DNA from: a virus
Taxonomy: Duplodnaviria; Caudoviricetes
Length of the DNA stretch: 43,525 nucleotides
Direction: 5' to 3' (one strand)
IMG/VR virus record: IMGVR_UViG_3300049782_000030
Coordinates: 1 to 43,525 of that record
The notes below the pieces were generated by a model, which saw only the letters and a program-made list of their open reading frames with translations, did not search any database and was not told the DNA's origin. Below are positions 7,469 through 16,638 of the stretch, piece after piece. The position numbers and the translations under genes are program-made. How positions within the stretch are numbered: the stretch's first letter is position 1; each line of letters opens with the position of its first letter.

Positions 7469-8076
7469 GGTCCTCCCTGGACACACGTGTCTCTGAGGCC
7501 CGGTTGAGCGTCGCGCTCCCGGGCCTTTCGCGTTCCGGGTGGCAGATAGGCCCGGACGCCCCTCGCACCCCCAGAGAGCGAGGGGCGTCCGCATCTCTGG
7601 GAGCTAACTTCACATGGACGGTCATCGGTGTCTGCCGTCCATGCGAGCAAACGGCCCGCGACGCGCGGAAGATCGACAACCGATGGGCGGTCAAGGCTCG
7701 CGACGTGATCCGGCGCCACGCCGTCCGGTTTGGTATCCCCAAGGACGACCTCGTTGCCCGGTACGGCTGGGAGCCCAAGCGGCTCGCCCACGATGCCGAG
7801 TTCCAGTACGGCAACGGCTGCAACTACTGCGGTCACCAGTACAAAGCCATGGGGCACGGGCTGGCCGACATCACCCTCGACGTCGTCGACCGCGACAAGC
7901 CCCCCTACTACCGCACCAACACCCGCTGGTGCTGCCAGACCTGCAACCGCAAGAAGGGCGCCATGGCGCCCGAAGACTTCGAACTCGACCGGCAGGTCTA
8001 CGAGACGTGGAAGCAGGCACGGCGGGCACCCGCCGAAGAACGTGGTCTGCTGTTCGACCTAGAACCCAGCGTGTAG
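7459..8076 (+). CDS. HNH-like endonuclease; true start uncertain, possibly 5'-truncated
   Basis: CNYCG..ITLDVVD..NTRWCCQTCNRKKG; the first ~50 codons of the frame overlap promoter and hairpins and look non-coding. Confidence 0.6.
   Translation: MSRWSSLDTRVSEARLSVALPGLSRSGWQIGPDAPRTPRERGASASLGANFTWTVIGVCRPCEQTARDARKIDNRWAVKARDVIRRHAVRFGIPKDDLVARYGWEPKRLAHDAEFQYGNGCNYCGHQYKAMGHGLADITLDVVDRDKPPYYRTNTRWCCQTCNRKKGAMAPEDFELDRQVYETWKQARRAPAEERGLLFDLEPSV
7496..7534 (+). terminator. Intrinsic terminator-like hairpin in the late leader
   Basis: AGGCCCGG/CCGGGCCT plus GAGCG/CGCTC stem followed by TTCGCGTT. Confidence 0.6.
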
Positions 8077-8089
8077 CACGGAGGTGCCA

Positions 8090-8518
8090 GTGGCCACCAG
8101 GATCTCCACCGCCGCCCGCAACGCCGCCGTGGACGCCATCACCGCGCTGATTGACCCCAGCGCCGCAGGCGTCCTCCGCGTCTACACCGGCACCCAGCCC
8201 GCCGGACCCGGCACCGCGCCCAGCGGGACGCTGCTCTTGGAATTCCCCCTGTCCGACCCCGCGTTCGCCGCAGCCTCCGGCGGCAGCGCCGCCCTCGACG
8301 TCACCCCGATCCCCGCCGACACCGGCCTCGCCGCCGGGACCGCGGGATGGTTCCGGATCCTCACCGCGACCGAGGCCGCCGGCACCGGGCTCGGCATCGT
8401 CGACGGCGCGGTCACCGCGACCGGCGGCGGCGGCGAACTGCAGCTGAACACCACCACGGTGAGCGTGGGCCTGGAGGTGGAGATCACCTCCGGCACCATC
8501 ACGATGCCCGCAGGCTGA
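8090..8518 (+). CDS. Virion structural (fibre-associated/minor) protein
   Basis: GGAGG RBS; ARNAAVDAI..LRVYTGTQP..GTAGWFRI..DGAVT..ELQL, Gly/Ala/Thr-rich beta pattern. Confidence 0.75.
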   Translation: MATRISTAARNAAVDAITALIDPSAAGVLRVYTGTQPAGPGTAPSGTLLLEFPLSDPAFAAASGGSAALDVTPIPADTGLAAGTAGWFRILTATEAAGTGLGIVDGAVTATGGGGELQLNTTTVSVGLEVEITSGTITMPAG

Positions 8519-8522
8519 ACCC

Positions 8523-10064
8523 ATGGCCACCCTGGCCAACACCTTCGAGGGCGGCTCTAACGGCACCACCATCACCGCCGCCAACTCCGGGGGCGCCAGC
8601 GGGAACGCGTTCAACACCGTCGTCGTTGACTCCACCCTCACCTACACCACCGCCAGCGCCGCGCACGGCTCGGTCGCCGCCCTGGCCTCCGGAACCTCCG
8701 ACGCCTACGTCGCCTGGACCTCCGGCCTCGCCGGCACCTCCGCCACCGCGTACGCCCGCACCTACTTCAGGGTCACCAGCCTCCCGGCCGCCAACACCAA
8801 CGTCCTCCGGATGCTGTCCAGCTCGAACGGCATCATGGGCACCATCCGGATCAACTCCGCGGGCACCCTGGGGATGCTGTACGGCGCCGGAAGCCTCGGC
8901 GGAACGACCAGCGGCACCATCACCCTGGGCGCCTGGTTCCGCGTGGAGCTCCGCGTCACCGCGGGCGGCTCCAGCAACGGCACGATGGTCATGCGGGTGT
9001 TCTGGACCCCGGACGCCACCACAGCCGACCAGGAGATCACCTCCAGCAACGTCACCACCGGCGCCGCCAACCCCACCAGGCTGCGGTGCGGGATCCTGTC
9101 GAACTCCGCCGAGGTCTACTTCGACGACCTGGCGTTCTCCGACACCGACTGGATCGGCCCCGCGGGAGGCGGTGCCGGCCCCTCCACCGGCACCCTGGCC
9201 GCACCCCTGCCGCCCCTCGCCGCACAGGCCGCGGGCAGCGCGTCCTCCCACGCCGTCGCCTCCACCACGCTTCCCGCGCTCACCATCCAGACCACCGCGA
9301 CCGCCCAGGCCCACGGCGGCGTCAGCGCCACTCTCCCGGCCATCCAGGCCGGCGCGACCGCGGACGCCACAGCGACCGGGCAGGGCGCCGCAACGCTCCC
9401 CGCGCTGACGGCCACGACAGCCGGCGCCGCGCACGCCAGTGGGGCCCTGCAGGCGCCCCTCCCGGCCCTTACAGCGGCCGCGGCAGGGGCAGCCCACGCG
9501 GACGGCACCCTGCCCACCACGCTTCCCGCGCTCACTGCGGCAGTCGAAGGCGACACGATCCCCGAAGGCGGTCGCCTCGACACGCAACTGCCCCCGCTCA
9601 CCGCGGCGGCCAGCGGGACAGCGCGAGCAGACGCCAGCCTCGCCGCGCCCCTGCCCGCACTGGACGCCTCCGCAGTCGGCCGAGCCCGGACCGACGCGAC
9701 CCTGGACACCGACCTGCCCGCACTGACCATCACGGTGGCCGGCGCCCGCGCCGACGGCCCCGCGGGCGCTCTCAGCGCCGTTCTCCCCGCGCTCACGTCG
9801 ACCGCCACGGCCCGCGCCGGGGCCCAGGCCGAGATGGCCGCGACGCTCCCCCCGCTGGGCATCAGCCTGAACGAGGAAGCCCCGCCCCTTCCCGACCTCG
9901 CAGGCACCCTGCGCCCCGCCGGACGCTACGAGGGCGTGCTGACGGAAGCCGGGCAGTACGGCGGGACCCTCGCACCCGCCGGGACGCTCACAGGGGCACT
10001 CAGTGCCGAAGATGACCGCGCAGGGACGCTCGTCACCACCGGCCAACTCACCGGGACGATCTGA
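8523..10064 (+). CDS. Fibre-like protein: N-terminal carbohydrate-binding-like beta sandwich + 21-aa LPAL repeats
   Basis: NTFEGG..WFRVELRV..VYFDDLAFSDTDWIGP domain, then about 11 LP(A/P)L repeats and 10-aa GTL repeats. Confidence 0.75.
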   Translation: MATLANTFEGGSNGTTITAANSGGASGNAFNTVVVDSTLTYTTASAAHGSVAALASGTSDAYVAWTSGLAGTSATAYARTYFRVTSLPAANTNVLRMLSSSNGIMGTIRINSAGTLGMLYGAGSLGGTTSGTITLGAWFRVELRVTAGGSSNGTMVMRVFWTPDATTADQEITSSNVTTGAANPTRLRCGILSNSAEVYFDDLAFSDTDWIGPAGGGAGPSTGTLAAPLPPLAAQAAGSASSHAVASTTLPALTIQTTATAQAHGGVSATLPAIQAGATADATATGQGAATLPALTATTAGAAHASGALQAPLPALTAAAAGAAHADGTLPTTLPALTAAVEGDTIPEGGRLDTQLPPLTAAASGTARADASLAAPLPALDASAVGRARTDATLDTDLPALTITVAGARADGPAGALSAVLPALTSTATARAGAQAEMAATLPPLGISLNEEAPPLPDLAGTLRPAGRYEGVLTEAGQYGGTLAPAGTLTGALSAEDDRAGTLVTTGQLTGTI

Positions 10065-10075
10065 GGAGGTGCCTC

Positions 10076-10432
10076 GTGGACGACGACATCCTGAAGTTCC
10101 TCAGAGCTCGGCTGGCCGACGACGAGAAGGCCGCGAAGGAAGCACCGTCGGAACTCGGCGACGGCGAGTGGCCGTTCTGGGTCGACCCTGACGACCACGA
10201 CGCCCGGACCGCCGCCGAGCGCTTCCGCGACCACTTCCGCCCCAAGCGAATCCTGGCCGAGGTCAACGCCAAGCGCCGCATCCTGGACGAACTCCTCCCC
10301 GAAGTCGTCGGGACGGACGAGATGGTCGACGACGAATGGCGCAACGGCTGCGACAACGCCGGAGCGCTCCTTCAAATGCTCGCGCTCCCCTACGCCTACC
10401 ACGACGACTACCAGGACGAGTGGCGGCCCTGA
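10076..10432 (+). CDS. DUF6221-like protein
   Basis: FLRARLADDE..PKRILAEVNAKRRIL..LALPYAYHDDYQDEWRP. Confidence 0.8.
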   Translation: MDDDILKFLRARLADDEKAAKEAPSELGDGEWPFWVDPDDHDARTAAERFRDHFRPKRILAEVNAKRRILDELLPEVVGTDEMVDDEWRNGCDNAGALLQMLALPYAYHDDYQDEWRP

Positions 10433-10770
10433 TGCCCAAGCGCGTCACGCTCTCCCTGTCCCAGGGCAACGACGAGACCCTCTCAGGGCTCGTCCTGCAG
10501 GCCGACGACGGAACGCCCCTCGACCTGACCGGCGTCGCCCTGGAGATGCTCCTCAAGGCCACCCCGGAGACGCCCGACGAGGACGCGACCGTCCTGTCCA
10601 CGACCGGCGGCCAGATCGCCATCGTGAGCGCAGCGGCGGGCACCTACAGCGTCAACGTGCCCGACAGCGCCCTCACCGAGGCGGGCGACCGCTGGTACCG
10701 GGTCGACGCCGTAGCGGGCACCTCGCGCAAGACGATCGTGTACGGGCCCCTGCACGTGCGGGACCTGTAG
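10432..10770 (+). CDS. BppU-N-like (fibre adaptor) structural protein
   Basis: LSQGNDETL..DGTPLDLTG..IAIVSAAAGTYSV..WYRV..GPLHV; TGATG coupling. Confidence 0.65.
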   Translation: MPKRVTLSLSQGNDETLSGLVLQADDGTPLDLTGVALEMLLKATPETPDEDATVLSTTGGQIAIVSAAAGTYSVNVPDSALTEAGDRWYRVDAVAGTSRKTIVYGPLHVRDL

Positions 10771-10786
10771 ACCCACGGGGGGTGGG

Positions 10787-11143
10787 ATGGGACGCCGGGG
10801 GCTGCAGGTCTGCAGTACCTCCGGCTGTCCCGAACTCGTCCCCGCAGGGCGCTGCCCCACCTGCAAGGCCAGGGCCGAGCAGCGCAGGGGCAACAGCGCA
10901 CAGCGGGGCTACGGCAGGGCCCATCGGGACCGGTTCCGCAAGGGCGTCCTGGCCAAGCACCCCGTGTGCGTGCTGTGCAGACAGGCGCCCGCCACCGTGG
11001 CCGACCACTGGCCCATGGACCGCAGGCAGCTGGTGGCCAAGGGCCTGGACCCCGACGACCCCGTGCACGGCCGCGGCCTGTGCGCACCATGCGACTCCGC
11101 GCAGACCGCCCGCCGGCAGCCCGGCGGATGGCACGCACAGTGA
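10787..11143 (+). CDS. Terminase-associated HNH endonuclease
   Basis: RGYG..CVLC..ATVADHWP..GRGLCAPC directly upstream of terS. Confidence 0.85.
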   Translation: MGRRGLQVCSTSGCPELVPAGRCPTCKARAEQRRGNSAQRGYGRAHRDRFRKGVLAKHPVCVLCRQAPATVADHWPMDRRQLVAKGLDPDDPVHGRGLCAPCDSAQTARRQPGGWHAQ

Positions 11144-11320
11144 CCATCGGCCGCACGTCACACCCCGTGATGCGCCCCGTCCGCGCGGACCGTGACCACC
11201 CTGCGTGGCCATCACCGTCCGTGACGGCCCCGGGGGTCCACCCCATGATCGACTAGGGGTGTCGACCGTGCGGGAGGGCGCTGACCGGTCCGCCGGGTCC
11301 AGAGCCACCAAGATCACCAC
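11144..11320. other. Probable packaging (cos) region
   Basis: Non-coding gap between HNH and terS with G/C runs, the usual cos location; exact cut site not determinable. Confidence 0.45.
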
Positions 11321-11321
11321 C

Positions 11322-11366
11322 GGGCATCACGCAACGTGATGCCCACTGAGGTCACGCAACGTGACC
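11322..11366 (+). promoter_or_regulatory. Tandem CGCAACG-capped hairpins before terS
   Basis: GGGCATCACG-CAA-CGTGATGCCC (11322-11344) and GGTCACG-CAA-CGTGACC (11350-11366). Confidence 0.65.
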
Positions 11367-11383
11367 GAGGGAGATGATCACCA

Positions 11384-11857
11384 ATGACCAAGGGTGGAGC
11401 CCGCGCACGCTCGGGACCACCGCCGGACCCCAACGCGCTGCGGCGCGAGCGGGACAAGGGCGAGTGGGTCATGCTGCCCGCAACAGGCCGACCGGGCGAC
11501 GCCCCGGTGTGGCCGTTGCGCGGGCACTCCGAGCGCGAGGCGCTGCTGTGGGGCGATCTGTGGCGCAAGCCTCAGGCGCTGATGTGGGAGCGCAACGGGC
11601 TCGAGTTGGAGGTCGCGCTCTACGTGCGCAACCTGGCCATCGTCGAGCTTCCGGGCTCGCCGGTGAACCTGGGCACGCTGGTGCGGCAGCAGTCGGACTC
11701 GCTCGGCTTGACGACGCCGGGCCTGCGCGCGAACCGCTGGAAGATCGTCGACTCGGTCCCGGCCGAGGCGGTCCCGGCTCCGGGCAAGGAGCCGGCCAAG
11801 CGGACCAGCTCGCGGGGGCGGCTGAAGGTCGTCCGCGATGACGCAGACGAGGAATGA
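11384..11857 (+). CDS. terS: Terminase small subunit
   Basis: GGARARSGPPPDPNALRR..LWRKPQALMWE..LGLTTPGLRANRWKI; precedes terL. Confidence 0.88.
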   Translation: MTKGGARARSGPPPDPNALRRERDKGEWVMLPATGRPGDAPVWPLRGHSEREALLWGDLWRKPQALMWERNGLELEVALYVRNLAIVELPGSPVNLGTLVRQQSDSLGLTTPGLRANRWKIVDSVPAEAVPAPGKEPAKRTSSRGRLKVVRDDADEE

Positions 11858-13469
11858 CTGGGTCGTCCGCTGGCCGACGCTGGGGTTCCTCGCCGCCGAC
11901 TGGATCGCCCAGCACTGCATCGTGCCGGACCGGGACGCCAAGGGCGACCCGTTCGAGATGTACGACTGGCAGCTCTGGTGCACCGTCAACCACTACCGGG
12001 TGAAGCCCGTCGCGCAGGTCGGCCAGTTCGCAACGGCGTTCCACTATCGCCGGTCACAGATCGTCGCCCCGCAGAAGACGGGCAAGGGCCCCTGGTCGGC
12101 GACGCTCGTCTGCCTGGAGGCGCGCGGCCCGGCGGTGTTCGACGGGTGGGCCGAAGGCGGCGAGGCGTACGTGTGCGCCGAGCACGGCTGCGACTGCGGG
12201 TGGATCTGGGAGTACGAGCCCGGCGACCCGATGGGGCGGCCGTGGGCGACGCCGCTGATCCAGCTGCTGGCCACCTCCGAGGACCAGGTCGCCAACGTCT
12301 ACCGGCCGCTGCAGTCGATGGTGAAGAACGGCCCGCTGGCCGAGCAGATGAAGGTCGGAGAGAACTTCGTCCGGATCGGTGACGAGGGCCGCATCGACGT
12401 CGTTACCAGTTCGGCGCAGTCCCGCCTGGGCAACCCGCTGATCTTCGCGCTGCAGGACGAGACCGGGCTGTACAACGCCACGAACAAGATGATCCGGGTG
12501 GCTGAGACCCAGCGCCGCGGCGCGGCCGGCATGGGCGGCCGGTCGATGGAGACCACGAACGCGTGGGATCCGTCGGAGGGGTCGACGGCGCAGCGGACGC
12601 ACGAGTCGCGCGTCAAGGACGTGTTCAAGTTCTACGAGCCGCCGCCGCCCGGCCTGTCCTACACCGACAAGCGTGAGCGCCGGAAGATCCACCGCCACGT
12701 GTACGCGGGCAGCGCGCACGTGGACCTGGACGGCATCGAGGCCGAGGCCGCTGAAATCCTGGAGAAGGACCCGGCGCAGGCCGAGCGGTTCTTCGGCAAC
12801 CGGATCGTCAGCGGGACCGAGAGCTGGCTGCGTGAGGGCGCCTGGGAGGCGCGCGAGCGCCGCCGGGATGTCCCCCGCGGGACGCCGGTCGTGCTGGGCT
12901 TCGACGGCTCCGACGTCGACGACTGGACGGCGCTCCGGCTCGAAACGCTGGACGGCCACCAGTTCACCCCGACGGCCGGCCCCGACCGCCTGTCGACGAT
13001 CTGGAACCCGGCCGACTACGGCGGGCAGGTTCCCCGGCTCGAGGTCGCGGCGGCGTTCGACGAGGTCATGGCCGCCTACAACGTCGTCCGCGCGTACGTC
13101 GACCCGCCGTACTGGGAGTCCGAATGCGACGCCTGGGTGGACAAGCACGGCGAGAAGGTCGTCATCCGCTGGTACACCCGCCGGCCAGTGCAAATGCACG
13201 CAGCGGCCGAGCGGCTGCTGACCGACGTCGCCAAGGCCGACTCGACATTCACGCACGACGGGTGCCCGATCACCACCGAGCACATGCGCAACGCCCGCAA
13301 GGCCGCGCGGCCCGGCAACCGGTACGTGCTGGTGAAGGCCTCCGACGCGCAGAAGATCGACGCCTGCGTCACCTCGATCCTCGCCCACGAGGCCGCCGGG
13401 GACGCCATCGCGGCGGGCCTGAACCGGGTGAAGAAGAAGAGCTACGTCTACACCTCGTCGATGTGGTGA
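11838..13469 (+). CDS. terL: Terminase large subunit
   Basis: Walker A PQKTGKG, Walker B ALQDE, nuclease LGFDGS and KIDA. Confidence 0.95.
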   Translation: MTQTRNDWVVRWPTLGFLAADWIAQHCIVPDRDAKGDPFEMYDWQLWCTVNHYRVKPVAQVGQFATAFHYRRSQIVAPQKTGKGPWSATLVCLEARGPAVFDGWAEGGEAYVCAEHGCDCGWIWEYEPGDPMGRPWATPLIQLLATSEDQVANVYRPLQSMVKNGPLAEQMKVGENFVRIGDEGRIDVVTSSAQSRLGNPLIFALQDETGLYNATNKMIRVAETQRRGAAGMGGRSMETTNAWDPSEGSTAQRTHESRVKDVFKFYEPPPPGLSYTDKRERRKIHRHVYAGSAHVDLDGIEAEAAEILEKDPAQAERFFGNRIVSGTESWLREGAWEARERRRDVPRGTPVVLGFDGSDVDDWTALRLETLDGHQFTPTAGPDRLSTIWNPADYGGQVPRLEVAAAFDEVMAAYNVVRAYVDPPYWESECDAWVDKHGEKVVIRWYTRRPVQMHAAAERLLTDVAKADSTFTHDGCPITTEHMRNARKAARPGNRYVLVKASDAQKIDACVTSILAHEAAGDAIAAGLNRVKKKSYVYTSSMW

Positions 13470-13484
13470 GCCGGGAGGAGGAGC

Positions 13485-14960
13485 GTGGAGCTGCAACAGG
13501 CCCGCGAACTGGCCGACCGGCTGACCGAGGAGCTGAACCGCCGCACGCCGGAGGCGGAGCGGCTGGGCAACTACTACGCCGGTGACCATCCCCTGAAGTT
13601 CGCCTCGGCGGACTTCTCCAAGTTCTTCGCCGACCGCTACAAGGGGTTCTCCGACAACTGGACGCAGGTCGTGGCCGACTCCCCCGTGGAGCGGCTCACC
13701 GTCACCGGGTTCCAGCCGTACGGGGCGGAGAAGGCCGACACCGACCTGTGGCGGGTCTGGCTGACCAACGGCCTGGATGCCGACTCCCAGCTCGCGTTCC
13801 TGGACGCCAGTGTCGCGGCCCGGTCGTTCGCACTGGTGTGGGGCGACCGGGACGACGAAGAGACGCCGCTGGTGACGTTCGAGGACGCGACGCAGGCGAT
13901 CGTCGCCTACCGTGCCGGTTCGAGGCGGGACCGCGTGGCGGCGCTGAAGCGGTGGCAGGACGGCGACGACGAGTACTGCACGCTGTTCACCGCCGCCGAG
14001 GTGTGGAAGTTCAAGCGGGCGACGTACCAGGCCAGCCAGGCGGCACGCAAGAGCCTGCCGCTGGCGTCGGTGGACAAGATGGTGCGCGAATGGGTGCTGC
14101 GCGACGTCAAGGAGACCGGGGACGAGCAGAACCCGCAGGTCAACCCCATGGGCGTGGTGCCGATGGTGGAGCTGCCGAACCGGCCCCGGCTCGCCGACGA
14201 CCCGATCTCCGACGTCGTCGGGGTCGTCTCCATGCAGGATGCGATCAACCTGCTGTGGGCACTGCTGTTCAACTCGGCCGACTTCGCCTCGCTCCCGGCA
14301 CGGGCGGTGCTGAACGCCGAGCTGCCCAAGATGCCGAAGCTGAACGAGGCCGGGGAGGTCGTCGGCGAGATCCCCGTGCCGCTGGAGAAGTTCACCCTGG
14401 ACCGCGTCATGTGGATCGAGGACGAGAACGCCCAGATCGCCAACTGGCCGGCCGCCGACCTGAAGGCGTACACCGACGTCGTCGAGGTCGCCGTCGGGCA
14501 CATCGCCGCGCAGACGCGCACGCCCGCGCACTACCTGATCGGCAAGATGGCCAACCTGTCCGGCGACGCGCTGATCGCGGCCGAGACGGGCCTGGTGAAG
14601 CGGTGCGAGGAGAAGCAGCTCTGGTATGGGCAGGCGCTCCGCGAAGTGTTCCGGCTCGTCGCGCTCGCCAAGGGCGAGGACTCCCTGGCGCAGGCGGCGC
14701 AGGCGGGCACCGTGCTGTGGGCCGATCCGGAGTCCCGCAACCTTGCCCAGCTCACCGACAGCGTCCTGAAGCTGAAGCAGGTGGGGTTCCCGTTCGAGTA
14801 CCTCGCGCGCCGGTACGGCCTGACACCGACCGAGGTCGCCGACGTGGTTGCGATGCGGGAGCGCGAGGCCGCGCTGGACCCGGTCTCGCAGATGGTGAAC
14901 GGCCGGCCGGAGCAGGACGGCCCCGCGCCTGAGCCGGTCGACGAGCCGGTCGCGGAGTAG
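13485..14960 (+). CDS. Portal protein (SPP1 gp6-like)
   Basis: YYAGDHPL..NWTQVVADSPVERL..MANLSGDAL; follows terL. Confidence 0.93.
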   Translation: MELQQARELADRLTEELNRRTPEAERLGNYYAGDHPLKFASADFSKFFADRYKGFSDNWTQVVADSPVERLTVTGFQPYGAEKADTDLWRVWLTNGLDADSQLAFLDASVAARSFALVWGDRDDEETPLVTFEDATQAIVAYRAGSRRDRVAALKRWQDGDDEYCTLFTAAEVWKFKRATYQASQAARKSLPLASVDKMVREWVLRDVKETGDEQNPQVNPMGVVPMVELPNRPRLADDPISDVVGVVSMQDAINLLWALLFNSADFASLPARAVLNAELPKMPKLNEAGEVVGEIPVPLEKFTLDRVMWIEDENAQIANWPAADLKAYTDVVEVAVGHIAAQTRTPAHYLIGKMANLSGDALIAAETGLVKRCEEKQLWYGQALREVFRLVALAKGEDSLAQAAQAGTVLWADPESRNLAQLTDSVLKLKQVGFPFEYLARRYGLTPTEVADVVAMREREAALDPVSQMVNGRPEQDGPAPEPVDEPVAE

Positions 14961-14963
14961 CCC

Positions 14964-15902
14964 GTGGCCACGGTCGACGAGGTCGTCCGGGAGCACCAGG
15001 CGGGCCAGAGGAACCTCGTGCAGCGCGCGCTGGCGGCGACGCTGCGGCTGCTGGGCCGGATGCCGCGGGACAGGCCGGGCCCGTCGTGGACGGGCGGCGT
15101 GGACGAGCAGGTGCTCGCCGCCGTGATCGCGGCGCAGCAGGAGTCGGCCGAGGCCGGCGCCGACTACATCCGGCAGGTGCTGCGGACGGCGGGCGTACGG
15201 TCCCGACTGGCGGGCCGGGTCGCATCCGAGGCGCTGGCCGGGACCGCCTCCGACGGCCGGCCGCTGGACACGCTGCTGGGCTACCCGATCGCGGTGGCGA
15301 TCCGCAACATCGAGAACGGCATGCCCGCCGACGAGGCGTTCGAGCGGCTGATCCGCCGAATGGCGATGATCGTTGCGACGCAGGTCGAAGACGCGGGCCG
15401 GGTCGCCGCCGGGGTGGCGCAGGCCGGCGACCGGGTGGTCCTCGGCTATGAGCGGCTGGTGTCCCCGGGTGCGTGCTCGCGGTGCATCATTCTGGCCGGG
15501 CAGATCTACGCCTGGTCGGCCGGGTTCGAGCGGCATCCGAACTGCGCGTGCGTGCACCGGCCGATCTACTCGATCGAGGACTACCGGGCCCGGCGCTCAC
15601 GCAACACCGCCAGGCAGATCTTCGACGGGATGTCGCGGGCCGAGCAGGACCGCATCTTCGGCAAGGCGGCGGCGCAGGCGATCCGGGACGGCGCCGACAT
15701 CAACCAGGTCGTCAACGCCCGCCGCGGCATCTCGACCGCGGGCGGGCGCCGGACCACGACCGAGGGCACCACCCGCCGGGGCTCGGCCCGCCGCCGCGGA
15801 TCACCCTCGCCTCGGATCATGCCCGAGGAGATCTACCGGATCGCAGACGGCGACCGCGACGAGGCCATCCGCCTGCTGCGCCTGTACGGCTACATCGTCT
15901 GA
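14964..15902 (+). CDS. MuF-like minor head / capsid maturation protein
   Basis: ACSRCIILAG..FERHPNCACVHRP; between portal and scaffold. Confidence 0.85.
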   Translation: MATVDEVVREHQAGQRNLVQRALAATLRLLGRMPRDRPGPSWTGGVDEQVLAAVIAAQQESAEAGADYIRQVLRTAGVRSRLAGRVASEALAGTASDGRPLDTLLGYPIAVAIRNIENGMPADEAFERLIRRMAMIVATQVEDAGRVAAGVAQAGDRVVLGYERLVSPGACSRCIILAGQIYAWSAGFERHPNCACVHRPIYSIEDYRARRSRNTARQIFDGMSRAEQDRIFGKAAAQAIRDGADINQVVNARRGISTAGGRRTTTEGTTRRGSARRRGSPSPRIMPEEIYRIADGDRDEAIRLLRLYGYIV

Positions 15903-15938
15903 CCTGCCGCAACGGCAGGCCACCACACCCGCAACGGG
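15903..15938 (+). promoter_or_regulatory. Tandem CGCAACG-capped hairpins before the scaffold gene
   Basis: CCTGCCG-CAA-CGGCAGG (15903-15919) and CCCG-CAA-CGGG (15928-15938) overlapping the GGGAG RBS. Confidence 0.65.
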
Positions 15939-15948
15939 AGATCCACTC

Positions 15949-16584
15949 ATGTCCGACGAGCAGACCACCGAGCCCACCGAGCAGCCCGACCCGGCCCCCG
16001 AACCCGAGACGCCCGCGGAGGAGCCTCAGACCGCCGAGGAGCGCCCGGAGGAGGACGACAAGCCGCTCGGCCCCGCGGGCCAGAAGGCCCTGCAGGCCGA
16101 GAAGGAGAAGCGCAAGGAGGCGGCCCGCAAGCTGCGGGAGGCCCAGGCCGAGCTGGAGCGTCTCCGCAACGGGGACGACAAGGCAGCGGCGGCGGCGGCC
16201 GAGGCCGAGAAGGCCGCGCTCGCCAAGGCGAACAAGCGGATCCTGCGCAGCGAGGTCAAGGCCGCGGCGGCCGGGAGGCTGGCCGACCCGACCGACGCGC
16301 TGCGCCTGCTGGACCTCGACCAGTTCGAGGTGGGCGAGGACGGCGAGGTCGACGAGGGCGAGCTGAATGACGCGATCGCCGACCTGCTGAAGAAGAAGCC
16401 GTACCTGGCTGCGCAGCAGAACGGGAAGCCGCGGTTCCAGGGCGGTGCCGACCAGGGCGCCCGCAAGAAGGTCCCGGCCAAGACGGTCGTCGAGCAGATC
16501 GCCGAGGCCGAGAAGGCGAGCGATTGGGCGACGGCGCGGCGGCTGAAGAGCGCGCAGCTCGCGGCCGCGCGCAACGACACCTAA
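15949..16584 (+). CDS. Capsid scaffolding protein
   Basis: Acidic N-terminus, LGPAGQKALQAEK coiled coil, LADPTDAL, KPYLAA; precedes capsid. Confidence 0.88.
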   Translation: MSDEQTTEPTEQPDPAPEPETPAEEPQTAEERPEEDDKPLGPAGQKALQAEKEKRKEAARKLREAQAELERLRNGDDKAAAAAAEAEKAALAKANKRILRSEVKAAAAGRLADPTDALRLLDLDQFEVGEDGEVDEGELNDAIADLLKKKPYLAAQQNGKPRFQGGADQGARKKVPAKTVVEQIAEAEKASDWATARRLKSAQLAAARNDT

Positions 16585-16638
16585 CGAGCACGGCAGGCCG
16601 CACGGCCCTGCCTGTCACCCGAGACGAAGGAGAGGCCC

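Noticed and set aside
12054-15557. 1167-aa minus-strand ORF
   Set aside because: Antisense shadow of terL, portal and MuF caused by high GC3; no motifs or RBS
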